Source: Oopsacas minuta (Eukaryota > Animalia > Porifera). Taken from it: a stretch of 64,000 bases of DNA. A program made the position numbers and the translations under genes. The DNA is taken from positions 496,001 through 560,000 of the forward strand of contig JAKMXF010000266.1 of the NCBI GenBank assembly GCA_024704765.1, written 5' to 3'. Below, one piece after another: positions 11,701-26,700 of this stretch. The notes beneath the pieces are model-generated. The model did no database searches. It saw nothing but the letters and a program-made list of their open reading frames with translations, and had not been told where the DNA came from. The number at the start of each line of letters is the position of its first letter. Position 1 is the first letter of the stretch.

Positions 11701-14700
11701 TTCATATTCTCTATTCCTATCCATAATTGATTCGTTGATTCTACTATCTTCATTACAGTTACATTACCAACTGCTTGGAGCTGTTCTGAGTTATGTCTCC
11801 TCTTGTCTGGTTTTGTGAGAGCTCGTATCATACACCTACAGTGAATTTGGGAAAGATGGAAATTTCAAATTTCTTAAATTATTATCCACACTGGTTTTAA
11901 CGAGTGTTGCATCTTACGTTACATGTATTAATGTTTGAAATACAGTCAACCCGTCATATCTAAGCTCAAGGGACCGCGATAATCACTTCAATATAAGCGA
12001 CGAAATTTATGTTACTCTAACGATTTGGGACCATCTTTGTATAATTGTCAGACTCGATTCAAGCTAGTATTTCGAATTATCCGTGTTCGATATAATGGGA
12101 GTTGACTGTAACTTACTTTCCATTTCTTGGGTTAATATGACCAACCAGCAGTCCTCTTGTCCCAGAGGACCAATATAGCTCTGGTTTACGTGTACACACT
12201 ATGCACTGTACATTTATATCAGAGGAGAGAGGAGACCAACCAATCTCTCCAGCACATAGAGTTAGTTTAGAAGCTATCATTGGTAAGTCTAGGATAATTC
12301 TGTTCTTTATGTTCAAGCAATTATCTAGGAAATTAGATTACTGTCAATACTGGTAGGGAGTGGTAGCTAATTATGAACAAACAACAAATCCGGTACTTAT
12401 TCACGTGAACCAGTTCGGATTAGTGAATACTATCACTTTATTACCCTTCAAATGTCACCATGACGTCATGCCGTACGTATTGTAAAATGACTTAAACACA
12501 CTTCCATCAGTCATTTACCGCTTAAAGAATATTGTAGAAAAGGTATGCATATGCCAGTCAGATGTGTATACATCAAAGTGTCGAATACTTTACATATAGT
12601 ATCTTATTATTTCACCGTAAGATTGTACATTTCGGATATGAGAAGCTCACAAATACAATAAACATTTTGACATATTTGTGTCTTTTCCACATATTCTTAC
12701 CTAACAGTGGTTGCATACAGAGACGATGACACGCAGACACTTCTGCTTGTTTTAACTCAAACGTATCAGTAGCAGAGCTATATCCCATCTGTACTGATCT
12801 CCCATCTAATAGATTAGTAGCACTAGTCCTTCTCTTGAAGTTTTCATCATAATTATCATACTCATTCATTTTGTATAGCAAATCAGCTTCTATATTCAGA
12901 TATAACTTAGAGTGTAAAGCTAATCTCATTACTTCCTGTAAGGAGTGTACTCCTTCGAATGGTCTCCAGCCTGTTGATAGCTCGTATAGGAGGAATCCAA
13001 ATTGTAGTAATGGTATCTAATATATACATTATATGACAATGTGAATATTTTCTCGAATCGTTGCAACAAATTAACACAGGATACAGATGGACTAAATTAT
13101 CTCGGAACATGTTATGCTGAATAATATCAAACTACCGTATTCCGGAATTGTTCGTGTATATTTACAATTTTTAGGTTCATGGCTTACAGTAATGCATATC
13201 TTTCCAGATCTACTGTAGGCTAACATTTCTCATAATTACGAATGTGTTGTATTTTTGTGAAAAATACGATCGTATTTCCCGAGAATCCGCTATTTTGTTA
13301 TTGTATATTTTGTCATAATTGTTCTAATTAACTCACTGAAGGTTCTTGTTCAAGTAGTAGATCTTGTTCTATTCTCGTGTTCACCATTGCCTATATATAT
13401 ATATATCTCATAAGTACATACGAGAAATTACCTCGAATAGAGTGTAAACCCTCCAATGATGATATATATGTATCACCTGTGTTTTTGAGTAGTGTGATAT
13501 TCCTGAGTCAGACAGCTTTATCAGCATGGGGTCTTTACAGTGTACTAGGACTGTATCAGAGGTTAATTGGATGTGACATATGTTCTGAACTTCTAGGAAA
13601 AATAATCCTCGAACTACCTAGACACAAATATACTTATTATCAGGATTTTTTTATCAAATATAATCGAAAAACCTAGAATTAAACATACAGAAAATTATTT
13701 TCAAAAATACTACAGACAACCCTCGTTACATCTAAGTTTATAGTATTTTGCATTGTTCTTATATAACGACTAGTTATGCCAGTTACTTGAGTTTCAGTTT
13801 CCACTGTATGCATGAATGTTTGTGGGCTTTCTAGCTACAATGGATCGTGGAACCTCGTTAATACGAATCGAAATTTAGAAATAGAGTATGTTCTACTGTA
13901 TTTCTAAGAGATAATTATTCGACGTTATGTAAAGGATTGACCAATTAACAATACTTACCTGCATAGCTACAGTGTGAGATACTATAGTATCCAATCCTCT
14001 GTTGTTAGAAGTTAGCAGTGTTTTGAGAGAACCATAAGCAGATCTGGCTAGGAGGCATGCAGGTGGATGGAAACTCACTCCAATGAACTTCACAACCTTC
14101 AATATTCAATTAATAAATATATTCACGTATGTAGGCTAGTTTTACTGAATTTAACATACACTCTCGTTAGAAATTTTTAATATACTGTGAGCTTCTCTCA
14201 TTAATTGTTTGTATGGAGACTCAAGTAGTATCTACAAATAATCCAGTAAATTCGGAATACAAGTATTTTGTTCAAAAGTTCAAATCACCAGCTGTTTCAA
14301 TCCTCCAGAAGATTTTTCTATTTCATGTCTGCTCTCAATTGAACAGAAACATCTATGAAAATAACAACTCTCTAATGCCTGTTTTTCCATAAAGACATCT
14401 TCTTGATCCGCACTTCCTTCAAAGAATATGTAATTGCTATCTAGAAATTGTTTATTTGAAACTCTGTTATCACTAATATCTTTTAGCATGTTATTATTAT
14501 TATTATAATGTTGGTCAGGTTGATCTTTTCAAAATATATGCTACAAAACTTACTCTGTGTAAGATTGAGATTAGAAGACATGTCTTTAATAAGTAAGTCT
14601 GGTGCAGCTTCTCTCAGGTCTAACTGAGAGTTAGCAGCAGCAGGACTCAAGCTATGCAGTAGGATATCAGACAATAGTTTTAGTTTGAATGTAGACGGAT

Positions 14701-17700
14701 GTGAGGGACAAGTTTCCTGCATTGGTAGAAGTGTAGAAAGATTATCTACTAATGCGTATACTTCTACCCATGGAATTCCTTTCTCTGTAGTGAAGCATAA
14801 ACCAGGGAAATGCATCTGGATGGTCTAAGAAATTATTTTGATTAAACGTATATTGAAAAACGATTCTCAACAGATTTCCTATACAGCTACAAACAAACCT
14901 GCATGATTGTGTCATGTGCTATTCTGAGTAATCTAGCTTCAACATTATCATTATCAGCATACAAAGATAGTTGGACACCTTGTGAGTTTGTTAAGATACC
15001 AGGTTCCAATGAAGTTTCATCCAAATTACATATCTGTTATATAACATATAATACTGACGTTTGTATACTCTACTTAATCAGAATATCACATAATAGGAAA
15101 TTTCTAGCAAAATGCCAGTGATAAAACCTATAACAAATGACTTTTACAATTCTAACGCTAACGAATGTAATTATTCAGGTACATGATAATTTTTGTTTCC
15201 CGAAGGTGTACGTCTTATCCGAGTTCTACTATATATTGTAAATTATGATGTAAATTAACCTTGAGGTTCCATCCCTGATCTGAGCTGATTACTAGCCCTG
15301 TTGCCCAGTAGTATACCTCTGAGGTAAGATACTCTTTCAGTTCATATCTGACTCCATCGTGAAATATTGTTCCATTAGGTAGACACTTTACTAGATAGCT
15401 CTTTGATATATCATCCATATTCGTTCTAAAATATATGTACGTATCTATACATTGTAGCCTGCACAAACAGGCAGTTCTGGAGGTTCACTTGTATGGGAAT
15501 ATGAATTCGCTATATTTATTCACTCCATTTCAAAAGGTGTCCCGTTTCCACAGGCCCTGTTTGTGGAGATTACACTGTATTTATGATGGTTGAAATGAAC
15601 GTATATTTATGAGTAAAAATAATTATTAATATTATTCATAGCATTTTGAGTAGAGTTCTACATTAACTACACAAGATGTCATCATTACCATTCGCAGAAT
15701 TGGGAGTTATGGGTAGGAAACTTATACAGCTAAAAAGAATCTCATTTCACTACTCAAAAACATTTAACGCTAGTCATGGTATTAGGAAATATCTAGATGG
15801 AGATTTGGTAGCATTTGCTAGCAAGTTTCCTTCAGTAGCAATCTACCTACGTCAAGATGATGGGGAGCCTAGAATAGAGGCAGAGTATCTTTGCGGTACA
15901 AAAAAGACGGTTCCTTTAAAGAAATATACTCCTGAGAAAATAAAGAATGAATTATGGAAGCTACGTTCCGAGTCAGGCATAAACGTGGGTCAAATTGTGA
16001 GATATTGGCACACAACTCGACCGTCTATTCAAGGCAACTGGCACCCATTCATGTTTCCATTCCCAGACAATTCTCAATACTGTATACGAGACCGTGAAGA
16101 TAAGATTAACAATCTGGAGTAATTTAGTATTAGCTATTTAGAATTATTAAATAATATCACTTACCTAAAATCTCTGGGAAGAGAAGAATGGGTAGATTCG
16201 TGTCCACAATATTCTGTTTGTAAGGGAATAGTTTCAAATTGCTCTAGTTTGCTTAGTTCTATCCCTCCAGGTAGAGAAATAGGAAGCAAGTTGGCAAGTA
16301 ACTAAAGATATGAAAATTGTTAATTATAGTCGATTCCTGTTATTTTCAAACTTAAGGGATCACAAAATTTCAGTATAATCACGCAGGCACCAGCTACACT
16401 CGAATAGTGAGTCTTCTACATCTAACTCTAAGTAATGAAGTCTCACTATAACGATAATTAAACTTACCCTCATAAGTAGAATATTCCAGAATCCCAGTGG
16501 TAAGAATCTCATCTTATAAATCCTTTTGCACTTATTGCCTGCTAGGAATGTATCAGCTCCCACCTGTCCATCTTCTGCTCTCTGTACACAGCCTGGGAGA
16601 GTAGTGTCTAACCCAGCTGGCATTATTACGTAGTTTCTTGATAGACGGGTACAAATGTTGTTAGCAGTTAGGAATTTCTAAAAATAAATTATCCTTAGTT
16701 TCTGAAGTGGCTATTATCGCCCCGACCTCTCAGTGGTAATAGCTTCACCCTTACTTTTAACGGTGGGGAATATTTCTTATTCAATTCTCACTTTTCCATG
16801 GAATACCCAGAGACTAAGTTTATATCTATCCAATTAAACGAATCGACGAACTATCATATGGACAGATAAATATTAGTTATACTGTAGTATACTTACAAGA
16901 AACTCTTCTAATACATAGGGTACTTCTTCTTCTTGTACTTCTGTGTCCAATTCATCTTGTAATTGTACTGAATTTGATGATCGTCTTATATACCTCCTGC
17001 TATCCATGATTGCTATATACAGATTATAATAAAATATTTGTGCTTAAGTTTTATCATGCTTTGTTCTTATATTGGTGATTTTTTTGTAATATTTTTGCAC
17101 ATATAATACTGGGCCAAGGCTGTAAAACCTCGATGGCTACAATGATTAATTTCCCGCTAACTATTAAGCATATACAAATACAGTTGTTAACATACAAATA
17201 TTAGTTGGAGCGAATATCATTGCGAGATTGTCTAGTGGTAGAATTCCAGAAGGAAAATTGTTGAAACAATTCCCTCTTCCCATCTGTGAGTGTAGCAATA
17301 TATCTGATAACACATCAGCTAGTAGTTGTAGATTGAAGGATATGTAGCATTGATTCTCTCTTGTCACGTGTTTGAAGAGGAGACCTTCCTATAATTAGAA
17401 ATTACTTAATACCTAACTCCAGCATTTTCTAACTAGGAAAGATCTAATAGTATCAAAAGAGTGGGGGCCAAGACTTGCTATGCAGGGGTCGTTCATACTT
17501 TACTTAACGCTAATTCCCCGAAATTTGCCAAATATTCTGCTCGCATCCTCAACATGTATTCTTAACGTGCTTACATTCACCATATTTTATCGTAATACAT
17601 TAATATGACGACATAATATACTACAAAATACGAATTCGGACATTTCCTCATGGACATATAGATTGATATACCGTGGGAGGTTCCACTGGATTAATTAATT

Positions 17701-20700
17701 AACAGACAAACTTATCGCCAGAATTTGTGAATTTATCATTCATGCATCGTGATGTTATAGATAAGCAACCTCCAAGAAGTGGATAACCTGTCCAATTTGG
17801 GCACCAGGATATATATCTGGGGTCACATAACTCAAACACTCAGTCATCCTTTATATTCAATTTTCACGATTAATGCTTTTATGCAATATTTTGATTACAT
17901 AAGTTCTGCATTATTTTCAAAAAAGATAACAGGCAAAGTATAAATATAACCAGAATAATACCTGCATGCATATACGTATTAGAGAACATATAAATTGCTA
18001 GTCTAGTTGGCCAGATACTCAATGATTCACTAATTAAACTCTTGTGTTCGTCTGCAAGACGAGTAACAATAATACTTGTCTACTATTTTATAGCAGTTAA
18101 CTTTTCAATCAATTATCAAATGGAACACAATCTCCTATGCACTCCAGCAGAGATGGTAGCACATGAACCTTTAGAGAGGACAGCATGTGACTTCTCTAAC
18201 AAGAATACTGTGTTTAGAGTAGAAACACGTAAATACTCACAGCAATACGCTCAGATATACAATGCACGGATGAAAGGGATTAGGGAGAGATTGGAACAAA
18301 CTGCAGAGAAGAAATGGGGTATCAAACCTCTAGTTGAGATAGCAAGTATTATTGAAGGAGAAAGGTATATTACGTAGACTTAATACCTGTATTTATTCGC
18401 TATACAATCAACTCCCCGTTATATCGAAGCCCAAGAAACCGACATAACTTCGGTATAACCGATGATATTTATGTTAATTTTGATAGTTTGGGATTATATT
18501 TATACATTTCAGAATTCGATATATCCATGTTCAATGTAACGGGAGTTGACTGAAGGGATAATTTGCCAAGAAATATATTCCCCAACATTATCACTATAGC
18601 CAATAGAAATACAGTCTTGCAACCTGTTTAGCTTCTACTAACGTATTCCTACTGTATGTATTATTGGTAGAAACCCGATCTTCGTAAGTAATTAAATGTT
18701 CGATAATTCGATTTGCAGTTATTAATAAGGGATTTTGTGGTTTGTAAAATCCCTTCAAACAGGTGCTGTATAGTGGGTAACATCTTCAAAGACATGAGAC
18801 TTAAACCAAGCGTATTAAGAGAGTTGTCAGAAGATCATCACCTTATCCCCCTTCCTCCTCGTAAGAAGTATACTGAGCAAGAGGACTATCTAATCCTAGA
18901 GGATCATTCTCTACGTCTGACTCTTATAACCGATCAAACAGATACAGATACACTTGTTACAGGCGTTCCTGTGGTTATAGTTGGTTGTCAAGAAAACAGA
19001 GGTCGCTTCAAAGTGGAAGAACTGGCATATGCCTCTATCCTAGGTCCTGAGCTATCCATTCCAATACCAGATGATAAATACTTGTTGTTAGTATCAGGCT
19101 TAAACGTGGGAGGAGCGAATACCGACATGTTAAGCCTAGAGCTTCTAATTGACCACCTAACAGGGTGTGGGGGTGGAATACAAGACAGTGAAATAATGTC
19201 TAAAGTTTGTCATGTAATAATCGCCGGTAATCTAATCGCTGATAAATACGTGAGGATAGGTAAGGATAGGAATCAGACTGTGTCCACATTAGAAAGTGTT
19301 AGTACAGCTGATAGTTATCTCTCTCGTATGGTGACATCACTACAAGTTACGTTAATGCCAGGCACGAATGAGCCTGGTAACATCACTCTACCTCAGCAGC
19401 CTCTGTATGAACCAATGTTTCCTAAGTCTATTAGTTATTCTACACTTAATATGGTTACTAATCCTAACTCTATGTCTATTGATGGTAGAACTCTACTAGG
19501 TGAGTAATACTTAGGTATTTAATAGATTATGACATTCTATACAAGGTCATAGCAAGCAGATTTCAATTAGTCAGGTGACCTAAACCAAATATGTATACGG
19601 AGTCACCTAACTTAGTCAGGTTGGGAAATGCTATTTCTATTAACAGTCGAAACGTTGGTCTTGTTAAAATCTGACCACACCAGACAGTCTCCTACGATAA
19701 TGCTTTCTAAGGTTCATACCATGTCCAGCAGTACTAAAAAAGTTCATTTAAATTGTTACAAAGTACCATCGCCGAGGTTAAACAAAATGAGAAGCCTAAA
19801 CGCTTTTAGAGGGATTTCCGATGGAGTTTCCAGTGATATGATATCCACCCAATCTGAGTAACTGTTAAAAGTGTTTCTCTGCTTTGCTACAATCGATCGT
19901 AATCGTAACAAGGCAATAGTGATCGGCAAAATTATGAACTTGTAGGTGTAAATTATATATTAACTTCGCTTAAAATTGATAAAAAAACTGTCCCTAGACT
20001 CTAGAAGTACTGAACTCGCGCCTACGCTCACATTTCTTCTGACCCATTTATTGATTGCTGCAAATCTATAAATTTTTGTTTTACTGCCACAGTTTCCGCG
20101 CTCCTCAACAATATAACCCTGATTAGTTGTGTGTTCATCGTTTCATAGCCCCGATCGTATTTTGTAGACATGTTAATAAATGTAATATGCTTAGGCACAT
20201 CTGGACAGAACATTGATAACATATACAAATTTTGTACAACAGAAGACCGTATGGCTATTCTTGAGAGTACCCTCAAATGGGGTCACATGGCTCCTACAGC
20301 CCCAGAAACACTCAGCTGCTACCCATACGATCATTCACACCTCGAACCGTTTATAATACAACAACTTCCGAATATATATTTCGCAGGGAATCAGCCTGAA
20401 TTCAAATTTAAGTATTACGAGCCTGAAGGGGAAAGTACACTACTTATACTGGTGCCTGATTTTAGCATAGTCAATACGTGTGTACTTGTCAATTTGAAGA
20501 ATCTAGAATGTCATAGCATGAGTTTTGCTACACAGCTTAATTCTAACGGGGATGACAACAACAATCCTATTCCTATGGAGATGTAGTGTTGTAGTGGCAA
20601 CTGTAGTTGGAAGTATTAAATAATAATTAAGCTATTCTTCTTACGTTATTATATGCTATATTTCATTCTTAGAATTTCAGTAAAAGTTGCCAATTTTTGA

Positions 20701-23700
20701 ATTAAAAGTAGAAGTGCTATACAGGGAAGCTGAATTTGTTTTCGGATTATTTGGCGGGATATCTTGGCTGGCGCCGCCAATTAGACCAGTTGGGAGTGGT
20801 GTCCGGACACCCAAGGTGGCAGTGGCACTGGATATGATGGGATTTGAAAAGATTTGATTGATTTGATTTGATTTGAATGAAATATACATCAAATCCACAA
20901 CACTGCATGCCTACAACGTGGTTTAGAATATTTTCTTAAGTTGAATGAAAAGTGATGAACCAGATCGTGCGACCTCTTGTATATTATTATTCTACATAAA
21001 ATTAGAATTAAATTCAATGGCTTGTAATATACAAGAACCCGACGAGGTAGTCTATGTATCAGATATGGAGGATCTTATACATAACACTTTTGATAAAATA
21101 ATATCAAAAGTAAACTTAAGAAGAGAAAAACTAATATCACAATTCAGAGATATACAAACACAGAAAAATGCTATTTTCCAATCAATTGATCAGCTCAAAT
21201 CAGCCAGATCCATTCTACAAGAGAAATTACGGATTAATCCCCTTTCAGCAATACAACAACGAACTACTGCAGATATCGATGGAGCACTAGCTAACCTACA
21301 ATTAGAAGCTAGTATAGAGCACATATTTGTGTGTAATGAGAAGAATTTAGATAATGCTCTAACAAGGCTAGGCGGTTTTGAACTACAACCCAATCAATAT
21401 ATCGCGAAAAGTATCCCAAAGTTTGCATTCGGAGCTGATTCAAAGTCATCCTTACGAAAACCTGTAAGACTTTCTGTTGACGAGTCGTTAGACTTAATCG
21501 CGGTTACTGACAGCATTTCCAAACAAATATATCTATTCTCCCTAGAAGGTAAATATCTCAATTCTTTCGGGAAAGATTATTTTGCGCATCCTTGTGCCAT
21601 TAAAATAATTAATCACAACGAAATACTAGTCACTGATTATCAGAAAGAGGATATGTCATTAATTCAATACGAACGCGGTAAAAAAGAAAAGTTTAAGTTA
21701 AAACTAAAACTAAACGAGAGGAGATGCATTACTTCATTAGATTACGATAAGAACAATAATCAGATATACGCTACAGAATCCATTACACATTCTCTATTGA
21801 TCTTCAATAAAGAATTCAAAATCATTACAGACCTGAATAATCTATTCCTTTTCCCACAAAATGTAGTTATTACCGACACAGAAATATACATACAAGATCA
21901 CAATAATCCTTGTTTTCATATTTTATCAAAATATACACTTGAATTTAGTCGGTCACTTATTTCACGTGGATTACACCTAAGTACTGAATCACCATTAAGT
22001 TTTACTATCGACCAAAAAGGCTGTATTATTATAGGAGATAAATCCGGTGTAATACAAGTGTATGCACCGTCTGGACAGCTGATTCATACCTTCGCTAAGA
22101 AAGGAACAGAACTCGGGGAGGTATATTCACCTACTGGAATATTCGTTAGAAGTAACTATGACGTAATTGTTATATCTAACAGCCCTAATTATCCTATTCA
22201 AGTGTTTTAAAACTGAGTAAAATGTTTATAATTTAAGACCGATATCAGCGTAACCTCTATTATCCGAATGCTGTTTACCAGTCCCAACGAGTTCGGGTAA
22301 GTGAGGTTGTACTTTATTATTTGTATATTTAAATGTGATTTATATTCTGTATTAAGATATTCACGTAAACATATATATACCAGTCATAGTGAAGAAATTG
22401 AGGTGTGGATATTTTAGTGGGACATTGGGATTATTCCGGCACGTAGTATATTCATACTAGCTCGGATATTTCTGCATTCAGGGGGACGTTTTTGCAAGGA
22501 CATGACACTGATTATTGTCGGAAATAGGAGCAGCTGAAAATATTTACTCTATTTGACTAAAAAACGACAATTTAATTAACGCTAATTACGAATCGAAATT
22601 TCCCAAAAATATACACACACTATGCGGCACATTATGCAATGCACGTATTTCTTACTTTTGACATTTATTTTTCTTAAAGAAATCTGCGTTTATAAAATAC
22701 TCACTATTACAGTCAAGGATTTATGGTATTAAACTAGAGAAAATAAAGATTCAGACATACGGATATCGTAGAAATTTACACATAACGAGCTCCGAAAATA
22801 TAATTTATGTATAAACTTTGAGTGAATAAAAATCCTTGCTATTTCCTATTTATACTCGTCGAATTATACAACTATACCTCGTGAAAGAATGTGATCATAT
22901 CTGATACAGCTTCCTTGCTCAAATCATGTCCAATCTCACTCCTTAAGAAACCTGTTCCTCTCAGAGAATGATATATATCATCTGAACATACCAGCGGCTG
23001 AGTGAAGAACTTCTCAAAAGGTTGAATACTACAGCTCTTCTTCTTTATCCTGGTTCTAACGTTCTCCTAATTTGAATACATCCGCTTATACATATAGCAA
23101 TATAGTGTATACAAATTTAGAATTTTATTTAGAAAATACACTTGTACAGGCTACTTACCCTGACTTCTCTGATTCTCTTCTCAAACTCCAAATAGAGCAG
23201 AGGAACACTCTTAGCATAAGCTGCTTGTTCTAATCGAATGCATATATCTTGTGTCAGACGGGCAGTTAGCTTTGGCATACCTTCTCCTACAAAATATCCT
23301 TGAATTTAATCGTATCCAATATTTGTAATTGGTTAAGGACGCTACATGGAGATTTATAATGGGAGTTAGGAACTGTCATAAAATTATTCCTTGTAACGAA
23401 TACGAGTTACCCGTAGTAATATTGAATCAGAAATTGTAATATGCATAGCGTTATGATCGATTTTGACTTTGTCAACTCGCCGATTTTAGAAAGCAACAAT
23501 TACCAAAATCGACAACACATTAACAATATAAGGATACACCATATACTTGTACTTACCAGTTAATGAACTCACAAATTGTACATCTATAACACTTGGTACC
23601 AGATTAACTCCATCTGGATTGACCTTACCCAGTTTACTGGATGGAGACGAGTATACTGAATTTGTCATATCATTTATTAACACTAGATTCATGTCTTTGA

Positions 23701-26700
23701 TGTACTGGCTTATAGAATTTATTATAACTACTTTTTTCGTATCTCTTTCATCCTTCAGTATCTCGTCTAAGTGTGTGAACACTAATACACACGTTAATGA
23801 TCTGTCCTTTTTCCAGGATACAGCTTGTATAGACATTAACAAAACTCTAAGTGGTTCTCTTAGGCTATTTTGAAATTTAATATCTTTCAGGAGTTCTACC
23901 ATATTACACACTATGACGTGGAGACTTGAACTTGGACGGAACATATTGTACAGTGGTTGAAATATCTAAAGATATTCAAACTAATAAAAAGATGATAAAC
24001 TGGAGCCCACTTTGGGGCTTCGAGAACGACTAACCGACTAGTGCACAAAGCCCCCTCTGATTGGAATCTCGCATGGGCCCCCAACCCAGCATGCCCCTGG
24101 GACCTCTATACTAATTTTAACACATTCTGTTGGCCCCTGTTATCGTCCGTAGTAGATCAAGGGAGCCTATGGACCACAGGTTGGGAACCGCTAACATTGT
24201 AGTCAAAGGAAATTCTAATTTATCTCTGACAAATCTCTAAAGCAACTTGCAAAAAATAGTAATTTTACAAAGACAATTGCAATTGTCCTGACCATAAATT
24301 GCCTAATAATCGTTGTCATAGCACTACTGAGAGGCTGATGCACCCTATTGTATATGGTAACGTACTGAATCTCCTGAAAAATCCCAAATATCAAAAAGGG
24401 AATCAAGACGTTTCCAGAATTGTAAAGTTTTCGATCTGGTCTTCCATTCATATATCTTCAATCCTTGTGTCATTCTTTCAGACTTTTGTTGTATTGGTTT
24501 TTCTAATAACTTGTGTATTAGGCTAGTTTTCCCTGACTTACTCAGTCCAATCACAACTATTCTATGTCTGTTCCAAATATTGTTTGAATCGGATAGGTTC
24601 AATTGTGTTAGATATCTATAAGGTATAGAATACGTAAGTGTTTTACTTTTAAAAATTAAAATATAATACTCGCAATTATTGTGAAGAATTAGATACGGTT
24701 GAATCGGGTGTTTTGCCTTTATACGAGCATGACAATACCGGCTCCAACGCGTCGCCCCTATAATCCCTACAACCTATCACTAATAGACCATTAGCGGAAC
24801 ACCACTATATAAATACATTAAGCAGATTATACTGTACTAACGTTCTTATGTTAGTTAGACCGAGATCAGCAATATATCTGGGTGGCGAGATAAGCGGAAG
24901 ATTATCAACATTCAGGAATTTGAGTGTGTTGTTCAGATGTCCATTGAATACTTTAATCTACAGAATATATAGATTAATTCCTGAATAAATTGACACCAGA
25001 AATATTAAGAAATTTTACTGAAATATTTGTATTATGGTACTCACAGGATTATTTGATATGTCCAGATACTCCAGTAGCTTTAGACAGTCCAGTAATGTTA
25101 CTTGTATCTCTTTTAGATTGTTATTCTGTAATTGTAACATCCAAATTTGACATTTACTTTTCTTAAAGAAATCTTCGCCAAATAACCCGAACAAATCTTG
25201 AGAATTACTCGGTGAGATAGCTGATTTGGCGACTTTTAATTCTTTCGTGTTTTGAGTTTCGAAATTTTCTTCCTCAAAACCATAATTTTCCAAATCAATC
25301 GTCAAAATATTGTTATCATTCGCTAGTAAAATTTGTATTTTTGAGCCAAGTATCCAAAAGCCGGGTAGAAATGATAACCGATTATGCGAAATATCTAAGT
25401 ATATTAGATCAGGGGTAGTGTAAATTTCTCTTGGAATGAAGTGTAACTTGTTATTTCGCAGTTTGACTACTGAGAGCTTATGGTAATTGAAGAGATCTAG
25501 CTTTGGGAATAAAATAATTTGGCAAATTTTCGTTATATATTTCCAATATTGGTGAAATAGTTTCTACCTGTTTTGAATGAGAACCATGATGGGTGAAGGC
25601 AACGTAATTTCTTATTACTCCAATCTAATGAAAAAGTAATTGAAAATCGCAGTATATGTGTATTTACAATGCTGGAATTATAGTACAAATGCGGATTAGG
25701 AGAAGCAAGATTGAAGTAGGAATTTTCCCAGAATTTACATGTTGCACAGCGTGTTTCCACGTGTGTTTGTACTTAGTCGTTGTTGGAGTTAGATTTTTGC
25801 AAGGATATCACTAAATATCCCCTATATGTATGTCTTCCTACTTCACAGATTCTAATTTCAAATTTGAGTCAATTCCTACTTGAAGAGTAGGTGATTTTCT
25901 ACAGAAACTAGTTTTGTGATTTGGGTTCAATTCCAAAATTAGAATTTTGTGCCAAGTCCTATCTCGTACAAAATCGACATACACAATGGTATCTACTATA
26001 GGTACCATCCATCAATAGTTTATTACCTATCATTAGTCGTGGAATATACTGTGCTCTACAACCTTCTGTTTTCAACGGTTGCTCCATGTCTTGTGGTTCC
26101 CAGGTGCTGCTATACCTATTGTTAGTTGTATTAGCGTACATTGGCTGCATTGAATATTCATCTGGATTGATAGCTAATTTATTCGTAACCTAAAGTAAGG
26201 TATTATAAATTGGATAGTAAAATATCCCATAATTGAAGCTTAATAGTCATACGTGGTAAGTGTTACTGATTATCTTATCCAGCTTAACTCACCATACAGT
26301 ACTGAATAGCTGGAAATTTGTTAAACAAGCTCATTCCTGCTTGCTTAGCGAATTGTCCTACCACTAACTTTGTTGGATGGAAATCATTGTCGTATAGAGT
26401 ACTTGTAAGCTCGAAGCTGTTGTTACTGAAAGACCATCTGTAGACCTAATGAACATCCATGTAAAATTCTAGAATACGATCCTTTGGCTCGTCGCTTCGC
26501 GATGAACTCGGCGCATTGCGAAACGAGGTATCCATTAACTCTAAATTGACGGCCCCTTTGAGTATTATAATATAGCTATATTTAGAACAATGTAACCTCA
26601 ATTTTGAAATTTTACTTTATGTACCTAAAAGTAAACAAATATTCACAATATGTTGTTTACAATACCATATTCGGACTCAGCATACTGAATACCCCAGGAT

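Noticed and set aside
20677-20898. GC-richer 73-aa ORF between POLD2 and the NHL gene
   Set aside because: No homology recognised; includes a (GATTT)n tract and is probably a repeat fragment.
24340-24365. Apparent premature TAG or frameshift just after the ROC WDFSGD motif
   Set aside because: A GTACGT donor at 24365 splices in phase 0 to 23965, giving WDFSGDSIFQPLYNMF; no readthrough is needed.
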